Positions 1 through 8,794 of a DNA stretch of 37,185 nt are shown piece by piece. The position numbers and the translations under genes are program-made. The notes under the pieces are model-generated. The model was not told the origin of the DNA. It was given only the letters and a program-made list of their open reading frames with translations, and ran no database searches. The stretch is from NCBI GenBank assembly GCA_017613335.1, contig JAGAEB010000073.1, forward strand, positions 1 through 37,185. Direction: 5' to 3'. The number at the start of each line of letters is the position of its first letter. Positions within the stretch are counted from its first letter, which is position 1. This DNA comes from Methanosarcinaceae archaeon. Its GTDB lineage: Archaea; Halobacteriota; Methanosarcinia; Methanosarcinales; Methanosarcinaceae.

Positions 1-204
1 AAAATGTGCACCTTCACAAAATGTGCACCTTCACAAAATGTGCACCTTCACAAAATGTGCACCTTCACAAAATGTGTACCTTCACAAAATGTGCACCTTC
101 ACAAACAGTGTACCTTCACAAAATGTGCACCTTCACAAACAGTGTACCTCCACAAATTATGCATCTTCACAAACGGCGCAACTGCACAAACTGTGCAGAT
201 GTCT
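1..204. repeat. Tandem array, 17-bp unit (AAAATGTGCACCTTCAC), about 11-12 copies that degenerate toward the 3' end
   Basis: Direct reading shows perfect 17-nt periodicity from base 1, with later copies carrying substitutions (AAACAGTGTACCTTCAC and others). All three + frames are open only because the unit lacks stop codons. Confidence 0.9.
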
Positions 205-240
205 GTCATATGAAAAAATCTGAAAATATGAAGTGATCAA

Positions 241-1428
241 ATGAAAGCATGTATCATGTGCGGCGGCACGGGGACCCGCCTGAGGCCGCTGACTTTCAGA
301 CGCCCGAAACCGCTGATCCCGATCCTGAACAGACCTTCTCTTGTCCATCTGATCGCGCAGCTTTCCAAGGAAGGTTTTAATGAGATCGTCATGACGCTCG
401 GCTACATGGGCGAGGAGATCGAAAAAGAGATCGGTGACGGAAGCGTCTACGGCGTCCACATCGATTATGTCTATGAAAAAGAGAAGCTCGGAACGGCGGG
501 CAGTGTCAAAAACGCGCGCGACCTTCTCGGTGACGAGCCTTTCATCGTCGTCGGCGGCGACCATGTGACGACGATCAATTTCCGTGATATGTTCCGTTTC
601 CATCTGCAGCAGAATGCGCTTGTCACGATCGGCCTGATCTCGATCGATGATCCGAGAGAATTCGGCATCGCCGATCTCGACATCAACAACCGTATCACCC
701 GTTTCAGGGAAAAACCGAAGCCCGGTGAGATCTTCAGCAATCTGGCGAGCACAGGCATCTACATCTGCAGCCCGGAGATCTTCGACATGATCCCGTCCGG
801 CGAAAAATTCGATTTTGCCAAGCAGCTTTTCCCGGCGATCCTGAAAAAAGGCGAAGAATCCGGCAACAACAGGCTTTTCGGTATGCTCGTCAAAGGCAAA
901 TGGACGGACGTCGGCAGCTCCGGCGCCCTTCGCGCCGCCCAGAAATGGATGATGGACGACTTTTCCGGAACGGTCATCGACGGCTCTTTCACGTCAAAAG
1001 GCGCCAAGATCCTGGGTCCGCTTCAGATCGGCTCTTCCGTCACGATCGGCGAAGGCTCTTCCATCGTCGGCCCGATCGTCATCGGCGAAAACACGACGAT
1101 CGGCAAAAGAGTCCTCATCGGCCCGTATTCCGTCATCGGATCCGACTGTGTCGTCGGCGACGACGCCAAGATCCTGGCCTCCTGCATTTTCAACGGCGCC
1201 CGGATCGGCAGCGAATCGACACTCTCCGGAACGATCGTCGACAGCGATTCCGTCATCGGAAAGAACTGCTCTCTCGAAAACGGCACCATCATCGGCCCGG
1301 GAAGCATCCTCAAAGATCACATCACGATCCATTCAGGCGTCCGCCTGTGGCCCGAGATCGTCGTTACGGAAGACGTCAAAGAAGACATCTTCAACGAGAA
1401 CTACGGCACCGAAACGGGCGGCTCGTAA
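241..1428 (+). CDS. Sugar-1-phosphate nucleotidyltransferase with C-terminal left-handed beta-helix (archaeal GlmU/ST0452-like bifunctional type)
   Basis: The N-terminus MCGGTGTRLRPLT..KPL matches the NTP-transferase G-x-G-T-R-L motif. The C-terminal third is rich in hexapeptide repeats (IGxxxxIG...). Stop codon is TAA. Confidence 0.9.
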   Translation: MKACIMCGGTGTRLRPLTFRRPKPLIPILNRPSLVHLIAQLSKEGFNEIVMTLGYMGEEIEKEIGDGSVYGVHIDYVYEKEKLGTAGSVKNARDLLGDEPFIVVGGDHVTTINFRDMFRFHLQQNALVTIGLISIDDPREFGIADLDINNRITRFREKPKPGEIFSNLASTGIYICSPEIFDMIPSGEKFDFAKQLFPAILKKGEESGNNRLFGMLVKGKWTDVGSSGALRAAQKWMMDDFSGTVIDGSFTSKGAKILGPLQIGSSVTIGEGSSIVGPIVIGENTTIGKRVLIGPYSVIGSDCVVGDDAKILASCIFNGARIGSESTLSGTIVDSDSVIGKNCSLENGTIIGPGSILKDHITIHSGVRLWPEIVVTEDVKEDIFNENYGTETGGS

Positions 1429-1465
1429 AAAAGTGCTGCCGGCCCTCCGCCCCGCCGGCGCAGGC

Positions 1466-1498
1466 AAAAAAATGCCTGTCAGCCTGAAAACTGACAGG
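1466..1498 (-). terminator. Hairpin plus T7 tract (read on the - strand) downstream of bcp
   Basis: A perfect 8-bp stem CCTGTCAG/CTGACAGG (1475-1498) has an 8-nt loop. An A7 run at 1466-1472 becomes a U-run on the - strand transcript. Confidence 0.4.
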
Positions 1499-1580
1499 AT
1501 CATCGATCCCGGATCCGGGCAGATCATTTCAGATCTTCTCAAACAGCCCGGATCCGGGAATTTTGTTTTCCGCGGTCTTT

Positions 1581-2060
1581 TCATGTCATTTCTTCGCATC
1601 GGAAAGTCATTTCCGACATCTTTTCCGCATCTTCCGCCGCTTTGACTTTGTCATTTGCGAAAATGATGATGCCGTTTTCATCAATGACGTATGTCGTCCG
1701 GACGACGCCCATGACTTTTTTCCCGTACATGTTCTTTTCTTTGAGGACATCGTACGCTTCAATAGCCGTCTTTTCCGGATCGGCGAGGATCGTGAATCTG
1801 AGATCGTATTTCTCTTCGAATTTCTTGTGGGAAGCGACGCTGTCCTTGCTGATGCCGACGATCTCGATGCCTTTTTCACGGAACCCGGCCGCGGATTCCG
1901 AATAGGCGGCCGCCTGTTTCGAACAGCCGGATGTGTTGTCTTTCGGATAGAAGTAGAGAAGGAGCTTTTTTCCTTTTCCGATGTATTCGCCAAGCGTGTG
2001 TTCTTTTCCGTTCTGATCGGGCAGACGGAAATCCGGTGCTTTTGTTCCGGGCTGTAACAT
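1581..2060 (-). CDS. bcp: Thiol peroxidase / peroxiredoxin, Bcp family
   Basis: MLQPGTKAPDFRLPDQNGK...LYFYPKDNTSGCSKQA carries the peroxiredoxin P-x-x-x-T-x-x-C active-site motif. I chose the ATG at 2060, which is preceded by GGAG, rather than the track start at 2162. Stop codon is TGA. Confidence 0.9.
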   Translation of the reverse strand: MLQPGTKAPDFRLPDQNGKEHTLGEYIGKGKKLLLYFYPKDNTSGCSKQAAAYSESAAGFREKGIEIVGISKDSVASHKKFEEKYDLRFTILADPEKTAIEAYDVLKEKNMYGKKVMGVVRTTYVIDENGIIIFANDKVKAAEDAEKMSEMTFRCEEMT

Positions 2061-2166
2061 GACAATTTCTCCTTTTTCGGTGACGGATAATACGGGCGTC
2101 AAACAAAATAAATCCTCACATCCGGCGAAAAGGATTGATCCGTTCCTTCGCCGGCGCCGCATCTTT

Positions 2167-3297
2167 TCATTCCGGGGGCTCTGCGATGATCAGAAAGATC
2201 AGCCCGGTCCCGGGGATGATGACATATGTCAGGACTGTGATCATCCTGTCCTGATTTCCGGAAAGGGGCGCCATGAGATAGAAGAGGATCAGGAAAAACA
2301 TCGGCGCGCCCAGAAAAACGATCGAGGCCGTTTCGGCATAAAGATCCGCGCTCTGCATTTTCCGGCGCTGACGGATTTCTGACTGTCTCATACATTCTTT
2401 TTTCCTTTCGCGGAGGAATGCGGAAAAATCGCCTCCGGAATCGATCACGTCAGCCGTTCCTGACAGGAAGTCCGACAGTTCGGGGGAGACCGTCCTTTCA
2501 GCTCTTTCCAGAACAGCCGTCCGGAAATCTTTTCCGAAAAAACGCACCTGTTTGAGGATCTCCGAAAATTCCGGGCGGATATCGTCGAAAAAACCATCCG
2601 TTTCGGATGAACAGACAGAAACGCAGATATTTTCCGGCGAAATACCGGCAGCTGCCAGAGCTGAGAAATAACTCACGCAGCCGGAAAGAGAAAGACCGAT
2701 CCGGCGTTTTCTCTCAGAGATCAGGAAATAAGGCAGGCAGAGGAAAAACACGGCTGCACAGGAGACCGGAATGACGAAAAGGATGACAGACAACAGCAGA
2801 AAGCAGATGATCAAAACTGCCGGGAATGATCCCGTGAATGATGCCGGGAATGATGCTGAAAAAGATGAAGAAAAAGATGCCTGAAGAGATGCAGGAAGAG
2901 ATGTCTGAAGAGATGCCGGAAGAGATGTCTGAAGAGATGCCGGAAGATATGCCGAAAGAGACGCCGGAAAAGAGTCCTGAAAAACGGTCAGAAAGACCGA
3001 TATGAAAGCAGCCGCGATAAATGCGCATGCGACGGACGCCGCCGAATAAAGACATCCGGCCTCTGCCAGACACGACAGATAAACCGGTGCGCTCATCCCG
3101 ATCCCGGATTCCTTCACATCCCTTCTGAAAAATGCCGGACACCGTCTTTCAGCAAAAGGACCGAATCCTGCATACGCTCTCCGGCGGAAATCCCCGAAAA
3201 TATGAAAGGCCTTCTTCTGTATCCGGGATCCTGTGATGCGGCTTTCATGCCTGCCGGCTGATCTCTCAAACGATCTCTGACTCTTTTTCTGATCCAT
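2167..3297 (-). CDS. Polytopic membrane protein with one T2SSF (TadB/TadC/FlaJ-like) platform domain
   Basis: The C-terminal half (...ISPENI...FGKDFRTAVLERAERTVSPELSDFLSGTADVIDSGGDFSAFL...SADLYAETASIVFLGAPMFF...) resembles the GspF/TadC/FlaJ domain followed by TM helices. There is an internal (SLPASLQT)x3 repeat. The ATG at 3297 is preceded by GGAGGA. An alternative GTG at 3351 would overlap the ATPase stop. Confidence 0.75.
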   Translation of the reverse strand: MDQKKSQRSFERSAGRHESRITGSRIQKKAFHIFGDFRRRAYAGFGPFAERRCPAFFRRDVKESGIGMSAPVYLSCLAEAGCLYSAASVACAFIAAAFISVFLTVFQDSFPASLSAYLPASLQTSLPASLQTSLPASLQASFSSSFSASFPASFTGSFPAVLIICFLLLSVILFVIPVSCAAVFFLCLPYFLISERKRRIGLSLSGCVSYFSALAAAGISPENICVSVCSSETDGFFDDIRPEFSEILKQVRFFGKDFRTAVLERAERTVSPELSDFLSGTADVIDSGGDFSAFLRERKKECMRQSEIRQRRKMQSADLYAETASIVFLGAPMFFLILFYLMAPLSGNQDRMITVLTYVIIPGTGLIFLIIAEPPE

Positions 3298-3347
3298 GAA
3301 AATCTCCTCCGGGATCCGGATCCGTGCCGGGATCCGGGATTCCTGTG

Positions 3348-5219
3348 TCACCCGTTTTTAAGAAACGTTTCTGCGGTCAGCGTCTTATCATCACTTTCCG
3401 CTTCCTTTTCAAACGATCTCTGATACGCTGACAGCGTTCCGTCCAGTTCTTCGGGCGTCTTTCCTGTCCTGAGACAGATCTTTTCGAGAACGACTGAGCG
3501 GCTCATCAGATCTTCGGCCGTCGGCCGGTCTTCTTTTCCTGCATCATAGACATCGTTGACAACGACTTCGCCGGTCCTCGGATCGGTCCGGACGATCTCA
3601 TGGACAAAGAGACATTTTTTGGTATCTTTGCCGCGGACACGGACCGTTCCGAGAATGACGAGGATATCGAGGACCTGGATCATGGATTTCGGGACCGACA
3701 TCGGCGTGTTTTCAAGACGGTGGATGAGCCTGTCGACGGATTCGGCGTGGATCGTTGACAGCGTCGCATGTCCCGTCGACATCGCCTGAAAAAGAACGTA
3801 GGCTTCCGAGCCGCGGACCTCCCCGACGATGATGTATTCCGGCCGCTGGCGCATGGTCGTTTTCAGAAGATCGTAGAGCGTGATCCCGCCGTAAAGGCCG
3901 GAATACGCACCGCCGGATCCGGTGCTTTCCTGTCCGGCTGCGCTTCCGGCTTCCATAACGACAGGTTGTCTCGAGACTCCCGAGATCCAGTTCCGGTGCG
4001 GGAGAGAGATCTCGCGGGTGTCTTCGATGGAAATGATCTTCCGGTGTTCCGGAATAAAATAACTGACTGCATTGACGGCAGTCGTTTTTCCGCAGGCTGT
4101 GCCGCCGGCGAACATAATGTTCATGCCCGACTCGACCGCCAGTCTGAGGTAGGCCATGACGCCCGGCGGAAACGTGCCGAGGCGGACGAGATCATCAGGT
4201 CTGAACGGTCTTTCCGTGAATTTCCGGATCGTGAATGTGCTGCCTTTTGTCGTGATCTCACTGCCGAGAGACAGCTGAGCTCTCGACCCGTCCGGCAGAG
4301 ACGCATCCGCCAAAGGACCCGCGATCGTCAGCGATTTTCCGGAAACACCCGCAAAACGACGGACAAGACGGTCGAGTTCATCCCGCCCGAAAGAAATATC
4401 CGTCACGAGCGTCCCGTAAAGACGATGACAGACATAAACGGGCAGATCATAGCCGTTGCAGGAAATATCTTCGATCAGCGGATCTCTCAGGACAGGTTCG
4501 ATCCGCCCGTAACCGATGAGATCGCGAAACAGATAATAGAAGAGAACATTTTTCCTGGCCGGCGAAAGGCGGATATCGTAATCTCTGAGGATCTTCATCA
4601 CAGCTTTCTCAAAAAGACGGCAGTCGTCAGCGCGGCTGACGCCGCTGACGCTGCCGTCACAGGATTTCCCTCTGCGTTTTCCGTTCTCATGACTTTTTTC
4701 CCCGACGTTTTTCAGAAACGATCCTTCTTTCAGAGAACCGTTCAGGATCTCCGAATAAAGCAGGTGATCCCGGATCCTCTCTTTCAGCATTTTAAGACTT
4801 TCCGGAAACGGCGGCTCACAGACAGTATATCTGTCACCCGTGCATCTGACAGAAACAGTCACATACGGAAGAGAAAGATGATACACATCCGACAGCCCGT
4901 CCGGATCATTGTCTTTTTTTTGTCTTTCTGCGTGTCCTGCTTCTCTTTTTTGTCTCACTGCGGTCCTTTTGATCCTTTTATTCTTCCCGTCGTTGCCTCC
5001 GTTCTGTTTTTCTTCGTTTTCTTCGTTTTCTTCATTTTCTGCATTCTCTGCATTCTCTTCTCTTTGTTTTCTTTCATTCTCCCCGATCTGTTTATTTTCA
5101 TTCTCTCCGATCTGTTTATTTTCATTCTCCCCGATCTGTTTATTTTCATTCTCTTTCCGGACACTTGCCGGCTCTTCCTGTCTTTTTCTGAATATGATCA
5201 GTTCTCTCATTCCGGACAC
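3348..5219 (-). CDS. Type II/IV secretion system ATPase (FlaI/TadA/VirB11-GspE superfamily)
   Basis: Walker A is FAGGTACGKTT. It is followed by IEDTREI and YIIVGEVRGSEAYVLFQAMSTGH, which match the Asp-box, Walker B and His-box layout of secretion ATPases. The N-terminus carries (ENENKQIG)x3 and NAE/NEE repeats. Stop codon is TGA. Confidence 0.9.
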   Translation of the reverse strand: MSGMRELIIFRKRQEEPASVRKENENKQIGENENKQIGENENKQIGENERKQREENAENAENEENEENEEKQNGGNDGKNKRIKRTAVRQKREAGHAERQKKDNDPDGLSDVYHLSLPYVTVSVRCTGDRYTVCEPPFPESLKMLKERIRDHLLYSEILNGSLKEGSFLKNVGEKSHENGKRRGKSCDGSVSGVSRADDCRLFEKAVMKILRDYDIRLSPARKNVLFYYLFRDLIGYGRIEPVLRDPLIEDISCNGYDLPVYVCHRLYGTLVTDISFGRDELDRLVRRFAGVSGKSLTIAGPLADASLPDGSRAQLSLGSEITTKGSTFTIRKFTERPFRPDDLVRLGTFPPGVMAYLRLAVESGMNIMFAGGTACGKTTAVNAVSYFIPEHRKIISIEDTREISLPHRNWISGVSRQPVVMEAGSAAGQESTGSGGAYSGLYGGITLYDLLKTTMRQRPEYIIVGEVRGSEAYVLFQAMSTGHATLSTIHAESVDRLIHRLENTPMSVPKSMIQVLDILVILGTVRVRGKDTKKCLFVHEIVRTDPRTGEVVVNDVYDAGKEDRPTAEDLMSRSVVLEKICLRTGKTPEELDGTLSAYQRSFEKEAESDDKTLTAETFLKNG

Positions 5220-5318
5220 GTCGTTTTTATCCGGAGCTGAGAACGTCTCTGTATTTAAATCAACAATATTTTATTAAAATGCAAAACTTTATCTGACTGT
5301 TTTCGTCACCGCTTATCC

Positions 5319-6650
5319 ATGGATCGCAGAACAGAATCCGGGCATGATGATCCTGGGATCTTACCCGGGAAAAAGACATCGAACAAAAACAGTCGCTCCG
5401 GCCGGCCGGTCAGGCATGATCATAAAAAAGCCGCCAGGAACGTCAGGAAAACGATCAGCAGAAACGATACGGAAGCCGGCAGGATCCTCCGTCAGATCCG
5501 GAAAAAAGACCGCAGGGCTTTCGCAGAACATTTTCTCAGACATCCGGCTGATTTTTTTGAAAAAGACATTTCCGGCGTTTTCTGTCTTTCGGCCGGCCTT
5601 CTTTCAGGTGCTGTCGCCGTCATTTTTCTGTCGGCCGCCGGGAAATATGTCTCAGCCGGACGCCTCTCCCCGGCGGAGGCTGTCTCATCCGTCACGGATC
5701 CTGCAGATCCTCTTTCCGTTTTTGTTTTCATCCCGTTCCTGTGCGTCTTTATGATCCCGTACCTTTACGGCAGTTTCAGAAAACGCCGCCGGATCGAAAA
5801 AGCCGAAGAAAAAGTCCCGGCGCTCCTCCGCGCCGTATCCGACAGGATCAAAGGCGGCCGGGTCTCCGATCTTTCGGAAGAAATGCTTTTCCGGCGTGAA
5901 TTCACGGCGTCCTCCCCGATCATCCGGAAAGCCTTTTTCATTGCCGGGACGTCCGAAAAAGCCGGCGGCCGCATCCCCGATGCCCTGAAAACGGCCGCAG
6001 CCGATGCCGAAGAAGAAATATCGGCCCGCCGGGAAAAAAGATCGAAAATGAAACCGTACGCCTATGTGATGATCGCCTCATACCTGATCTTCCTCGGGAT
6101 CATCACGTTTCTCGTCTTTTCCGTTTTCGGGAGCATCGGAACGGGCACAGGCCCGTCCGGGATCCTTTCGTCAGACTTCTCATCCGGTTTCTCATCAGAT
6201 CTCTCATCCGGTTTCTCATCAGATCTCACATCCGATTTCACATCAGATCTCACATCAGGATTTTCAGAAACCGGCTTTCAGGAAGAAGAAAGCCGCTCTG
6301 CCGGGAATATCCTTTTTGCCGGAAATTCTCTCTTTTCCGGAAAATCTCTCTTTTCCGGAAATCTTTTCTCCGGCAGCGTTTCCGGATCCTCTCTGACATC
6401 TCTGCGCATTTTCCATGCGCTCGTGATCCAGGGATTCTTCTGCGGTCTCATCTGCGGGCGGATGACGGAGGGACTGATCCCGGCAGGTCTTCTGTATTCG
6501 GTCTTCTGCGTGATGTGCGCCTGGGGCCTCTGGATGGCTGCGGTGCTGATCCGACCGGAGAGACCGGAACGGATAAAAAAAAGGCATCCCCGACGAAAAA
6601 CCGGAGATGCCTCAGACACTTTTTTCGTTTTCCTTACAGCATATCCTTGA
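5319..6650 (+). CDS. Membrane protein with a TadB/C-FlaJ-like (T2SSF) domain, divergent from the ATPase
   Basis: The segment VPALLRAVSDRIKGGRVSDL...IPDALKTAAADAEEEISARREKRSKMKPYAYVMIASYLIFLG fits the T2SSF domain-then-TM pattern. There are several TM helices and internal S/D/F/G repeats. The start is uncertain. The 3' end overlaps the convergent fni by 17 nt. Confidence 0.6.
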   Translation: MDRRTESGHDDPGILPGKKTSNKNSRSGRPVRHDHKKAARNVRKTISRNDTEAGRILRQIRKKDRRAFAEHFLRHPADFFEKDISGVFCLSAGLLSGAVAVIFLSAAGKYVSAGRLSPAEAVSSVTDPADPLSVFVFIPFLCVFMIPYLYGSFRKRRRIEKAEEKVPALLRAVSDRIKGGRVSDLSEEMLFRREFTASSPIIRKAFFIAGTSEKAGGRIPDALKTAAADAEEEISARREKRSKMKPYAYVMIASYLIFLGIITFLVFSVFGSIGTGTGPSGILSSDFSSGFSSDLSSGFSSDLTSDFTSDLTSGFSETGFQEEESRSAGNILFAGNSLFSGKSLFSGNLFSGSVSGSSLTSLRIFHALVIQGFFCGLICGRMTEGLIPAGLLYSVFCVMCAWGLWMAAVLIRPERPERIKKRHPRRKTGDASDTFFVFLTAYP

Positions 6651-7728
6651 CGGAATAATCTTTGATATTGAAACCGCGCTGGGTCAGATATTCCAGCGTC
6701 CGGCCGCCGATCGTGATCGGCGCTCTTGAAAGTTCGCCGACGGAGCCGCATCCGGTCAGGAACATGGCGGTGCGGAGTTCCTGCATCATCGTCCCGATCA
6801 CGGAAACGACAGCGTCTTTTCCGTTGAAGGCCGGTCTGACGAACGGCAGAGCCGCGCTTGCAGCCGAGGCACCGAGTGCGATCGATTTTGCGATATCGAG
6901 ACCGTTTCTGATGCCGCCTGTCGCGATGACCGGAACGGAAACTTTACACTCGACGATGCTTGCCGCCGTCGGAATGCCGAAATCCCAGAAAAGTTCGCCG
7001 AGATGTTCGCAGAGGCTGTTGCCGCTGTCTCTGGCGCGGTAGACTTCAACACCGGCCCAGCTCGTTCCGCCGAGTCCGCCGACATCAATGCCGGCGATGC
7101 CTGCTTTCTTGAGCAGGAGCGCATCTTCGCGTGAGATGCCGGCGCCGGTCTCTTTGACGAAAACGGGAACATTCAGGCTTTTCGCGATCTCCGAGATGAT
7201 CTCAAGACAATTCCGGGCATCCCTGTCACCTTCCGGCTGGATGGCTTCCTGCAGGAAATTCAGATGGATGGCCAGCGCATCCGCATCGATCATCTCGACG
7301 AGTTCCTCGACTTTGCCGATGCCGTATTCCTTGATCTGCGCCGCGCCGATGTTGGCATAAACGAGCGTTGTCGGCGCTTTCTGTCTGACGATCTCAAATG
7401 AATCTCTCTGATTCCTGTCGTCGATGGCCGCCCGCTGGCTTCCGACACCGATCCCGATGTTGAGTTCTTCGGCAGCCTCTGCCAGCGCTGCATTGACGGG
7501 CGTCGTTTCCGGGTGACCGCCCGTGATGGACGCGATCAGGAACGGATAAGACAGTTTTTTTCCGAAAAGGACTGTCGACATGTCGATATCATCCATATTG
7601 ATCTCCGGAAGAGCACGATGGACAAGCGTGATATCTTCAAAACCGGGTCCGGCCGTCCTGGCCTCAACGTGACTTCCGGCGCAAAGTTCAAGGTGTTCGA
7701 TCTTTCTTCTGGATGTGATGTTTTCCAT
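6634..7728 (-). CDS. fni: Type 2 isopentenyl-diphosphate delta-isomerase (FMN-dependent)
   Basis: MENITSRRKIEHLELC...ITGG...GIGVGSQR...VKETGAGIS...GGLGGTSWA is typical IDI-2. The ATG at 7728 is preceded by GGAGG. Stop codon is TAA. Confidence 0.93.
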   Translation of the reverse strand: MENITSRRKIEHLELCAGSHVEARTAGPGFEDITLVHRALPEINMDDIDMSTVLFGKKLSYPFLIASITGGHPETTPVNAALAEAAEELNIGIGVGSQRAAIDDRNQRDSFEIVRQKAPTTLVYANIGAAQIKEYGIGKVEELVEMIDADALAIHLNFLQEAIQPEGDRDARNCLEIISEIAKSLNVPVFVKETGAGISREDALLLKKAGIAGIDVGGLGGTSWAGVEVYRARDSGNSLCEHLGELFWDFGIPTAASIVECKVSVPVIATGGIRNGLDIAKSIALGASAASAALPFVRPAFNGKDAVVSVIGTMMQELRTAMFLTGCGSVGELSRAPITIGGRTLEYLTQRGFNIKDYSVKDML

Positions 7729-7855
7729 TCTGCGTCCTCCTGGATGATGATCAGCAAATCTGTTGTGATGCACGCGATACCTGACTGATGATAATGATAC
7801 AGGGCAATGAAACTATTTAATAAATATCTCAAATCAGAATGATTTCCGTTCAGTC

Positions 7856-8012
7856 TTTCTTTCCGGTCCTTTTTTCCGTCCGGTCATTCTTTCCGGTCCT
7901 GTTTTTCCGTTCCGTCATCCCTTCCGGTCCTGTTTTTCCGTTCCGTCATCCTTTCCTGTCCTGTTTTTCCGGCCTTCATTTCTCCTGTCCTGTCTTTTTC
8001 CGGCCGTCTTTT
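7856..8012. repeat. Degenerate tandem array, about 31-bp unit x5 (CTTTCCGGTCCTGTTTTTCCGTTCCGTCATC), between ipk and fni
   Basis: Direct reading. The array is pyrimidine-rich on + and therefore purine-rich on the sense strand of the flanking - strand genes. It abuts the ipk stop codon. Confidence 0.75.
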
Positions 8013-8779
8013 CAGCAGCGGCTGATGATCGTTCCGATGTCTTCGCCTTCAAGGTAGCGGCGGTAGTTTCCGGGTTCATTGGCATTGAAAATGCAGGCAT
8101 CGATCCCCGTCGAGTCCGCCAGATCGAGGATCTCTTTGACTTTTCCGAGCATGCCGCCCGTCACGTCCGTTCCCGCGCTGCTTCCGATGTACCGGGCAAA
8201 CCGGCCGAACGTTTCCGGCGTGATCCTGGGAATGACTTTTCCGTCACCGTCAAGAACGCCGTCGGCGGCGGATCCGAGTCCTGCTCTTTTTGCTCTGAGC
8301 GCTTTTGCAAGATACGGAAGGGACTGATCGCCCGAGATGATGCAGGCGCCTCTTTCGGAATCCATGGCCACGTCTCCGTGAAGGACGGGGACAAGGCCGT
8401 TCTCAAGCATGAGCGTGATCTGATCCGTCAGGAAAGATGAGATGCGTCCGTTCTCGCAGACAGCAAAGGCGAACGGGTTCAGAGGCATCGCTCTGATCCC
8501 GTGTTTCCGGAGCGCGCTGACGACAAGATCGTTGAGCTGCCGGACTGAGTCGTGGGTGACCATGACGCCTTCGGCGTCGAATCCTTTGTCAAGGCCGTAT
8601 TTTTTGGCATAGGTATGCCCGTAGGAGCCTGCGCCGTGAACGATGATCAGCGGCCTGTCGTATCCGGAAATTTCTTCCGCGATCCTTTCGAGTTCCTCCG
8701 GTCTGGCTTTTCCTTCCGGTGACGTTTTATCCGTGACGGCGCTTCCGCCGATCTTGATGATTGTGAGATCTGAGATCAT
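8012..8779 (-). CDS. ipk: Isopentenyl phosphate kinase
   Basis: IIKIGGSAVTDK...IIVHGAGSYGH... is the amino-acid-kinase fold signature of archaeal IPK. The gene lies between mvk and fni. Stop codon is TGA. Confidence 0.9.
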   Translation of the reverse strand: MISDLTIIKIGGSAVTDKTSPEGKARPEELERIAEEISGYDRPLIIVHGAGSYGHTYAKKYGLDKGFDAEGVMVTHDSVRQLNDLVVSALRKHGIRAMPLNPFAFAVCENGRISSFLTDQITLMLENGLVPVLHGDVAMDSERGACIISGDQSLPYLAKALRAKRAGLGSAADGVLDGDGKVIPRITPETFGRFARYIGSSAGTDVTGGMLGKVKEILDLADSTGIDACIFNANEPGNYRRYLEGEDIGTIISRC

Positions 8780-8794
8780 GATCTATCAGCTTTT

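Noticed and set aside
4-236. Three overlapping + strand ORFs (MCTFTKCAPSQNVHLHK... repeats).
   Set aside because: All three frames are open across a 17-bp tandem array. Because 17 is not a multiple of 3, the 'proteins' are just the same unit read in rotating frames.
3768-5240. A 490-aa ORF on the + strand, and the shorter 4909..5277 ORF.
   Set aside because: It is entirely antisense to the well-supported secretion ATPase gene. The product is Arg-rich and low-complexity with no motifs, which is typical of a shadow ORF in a GC-moderate gene.
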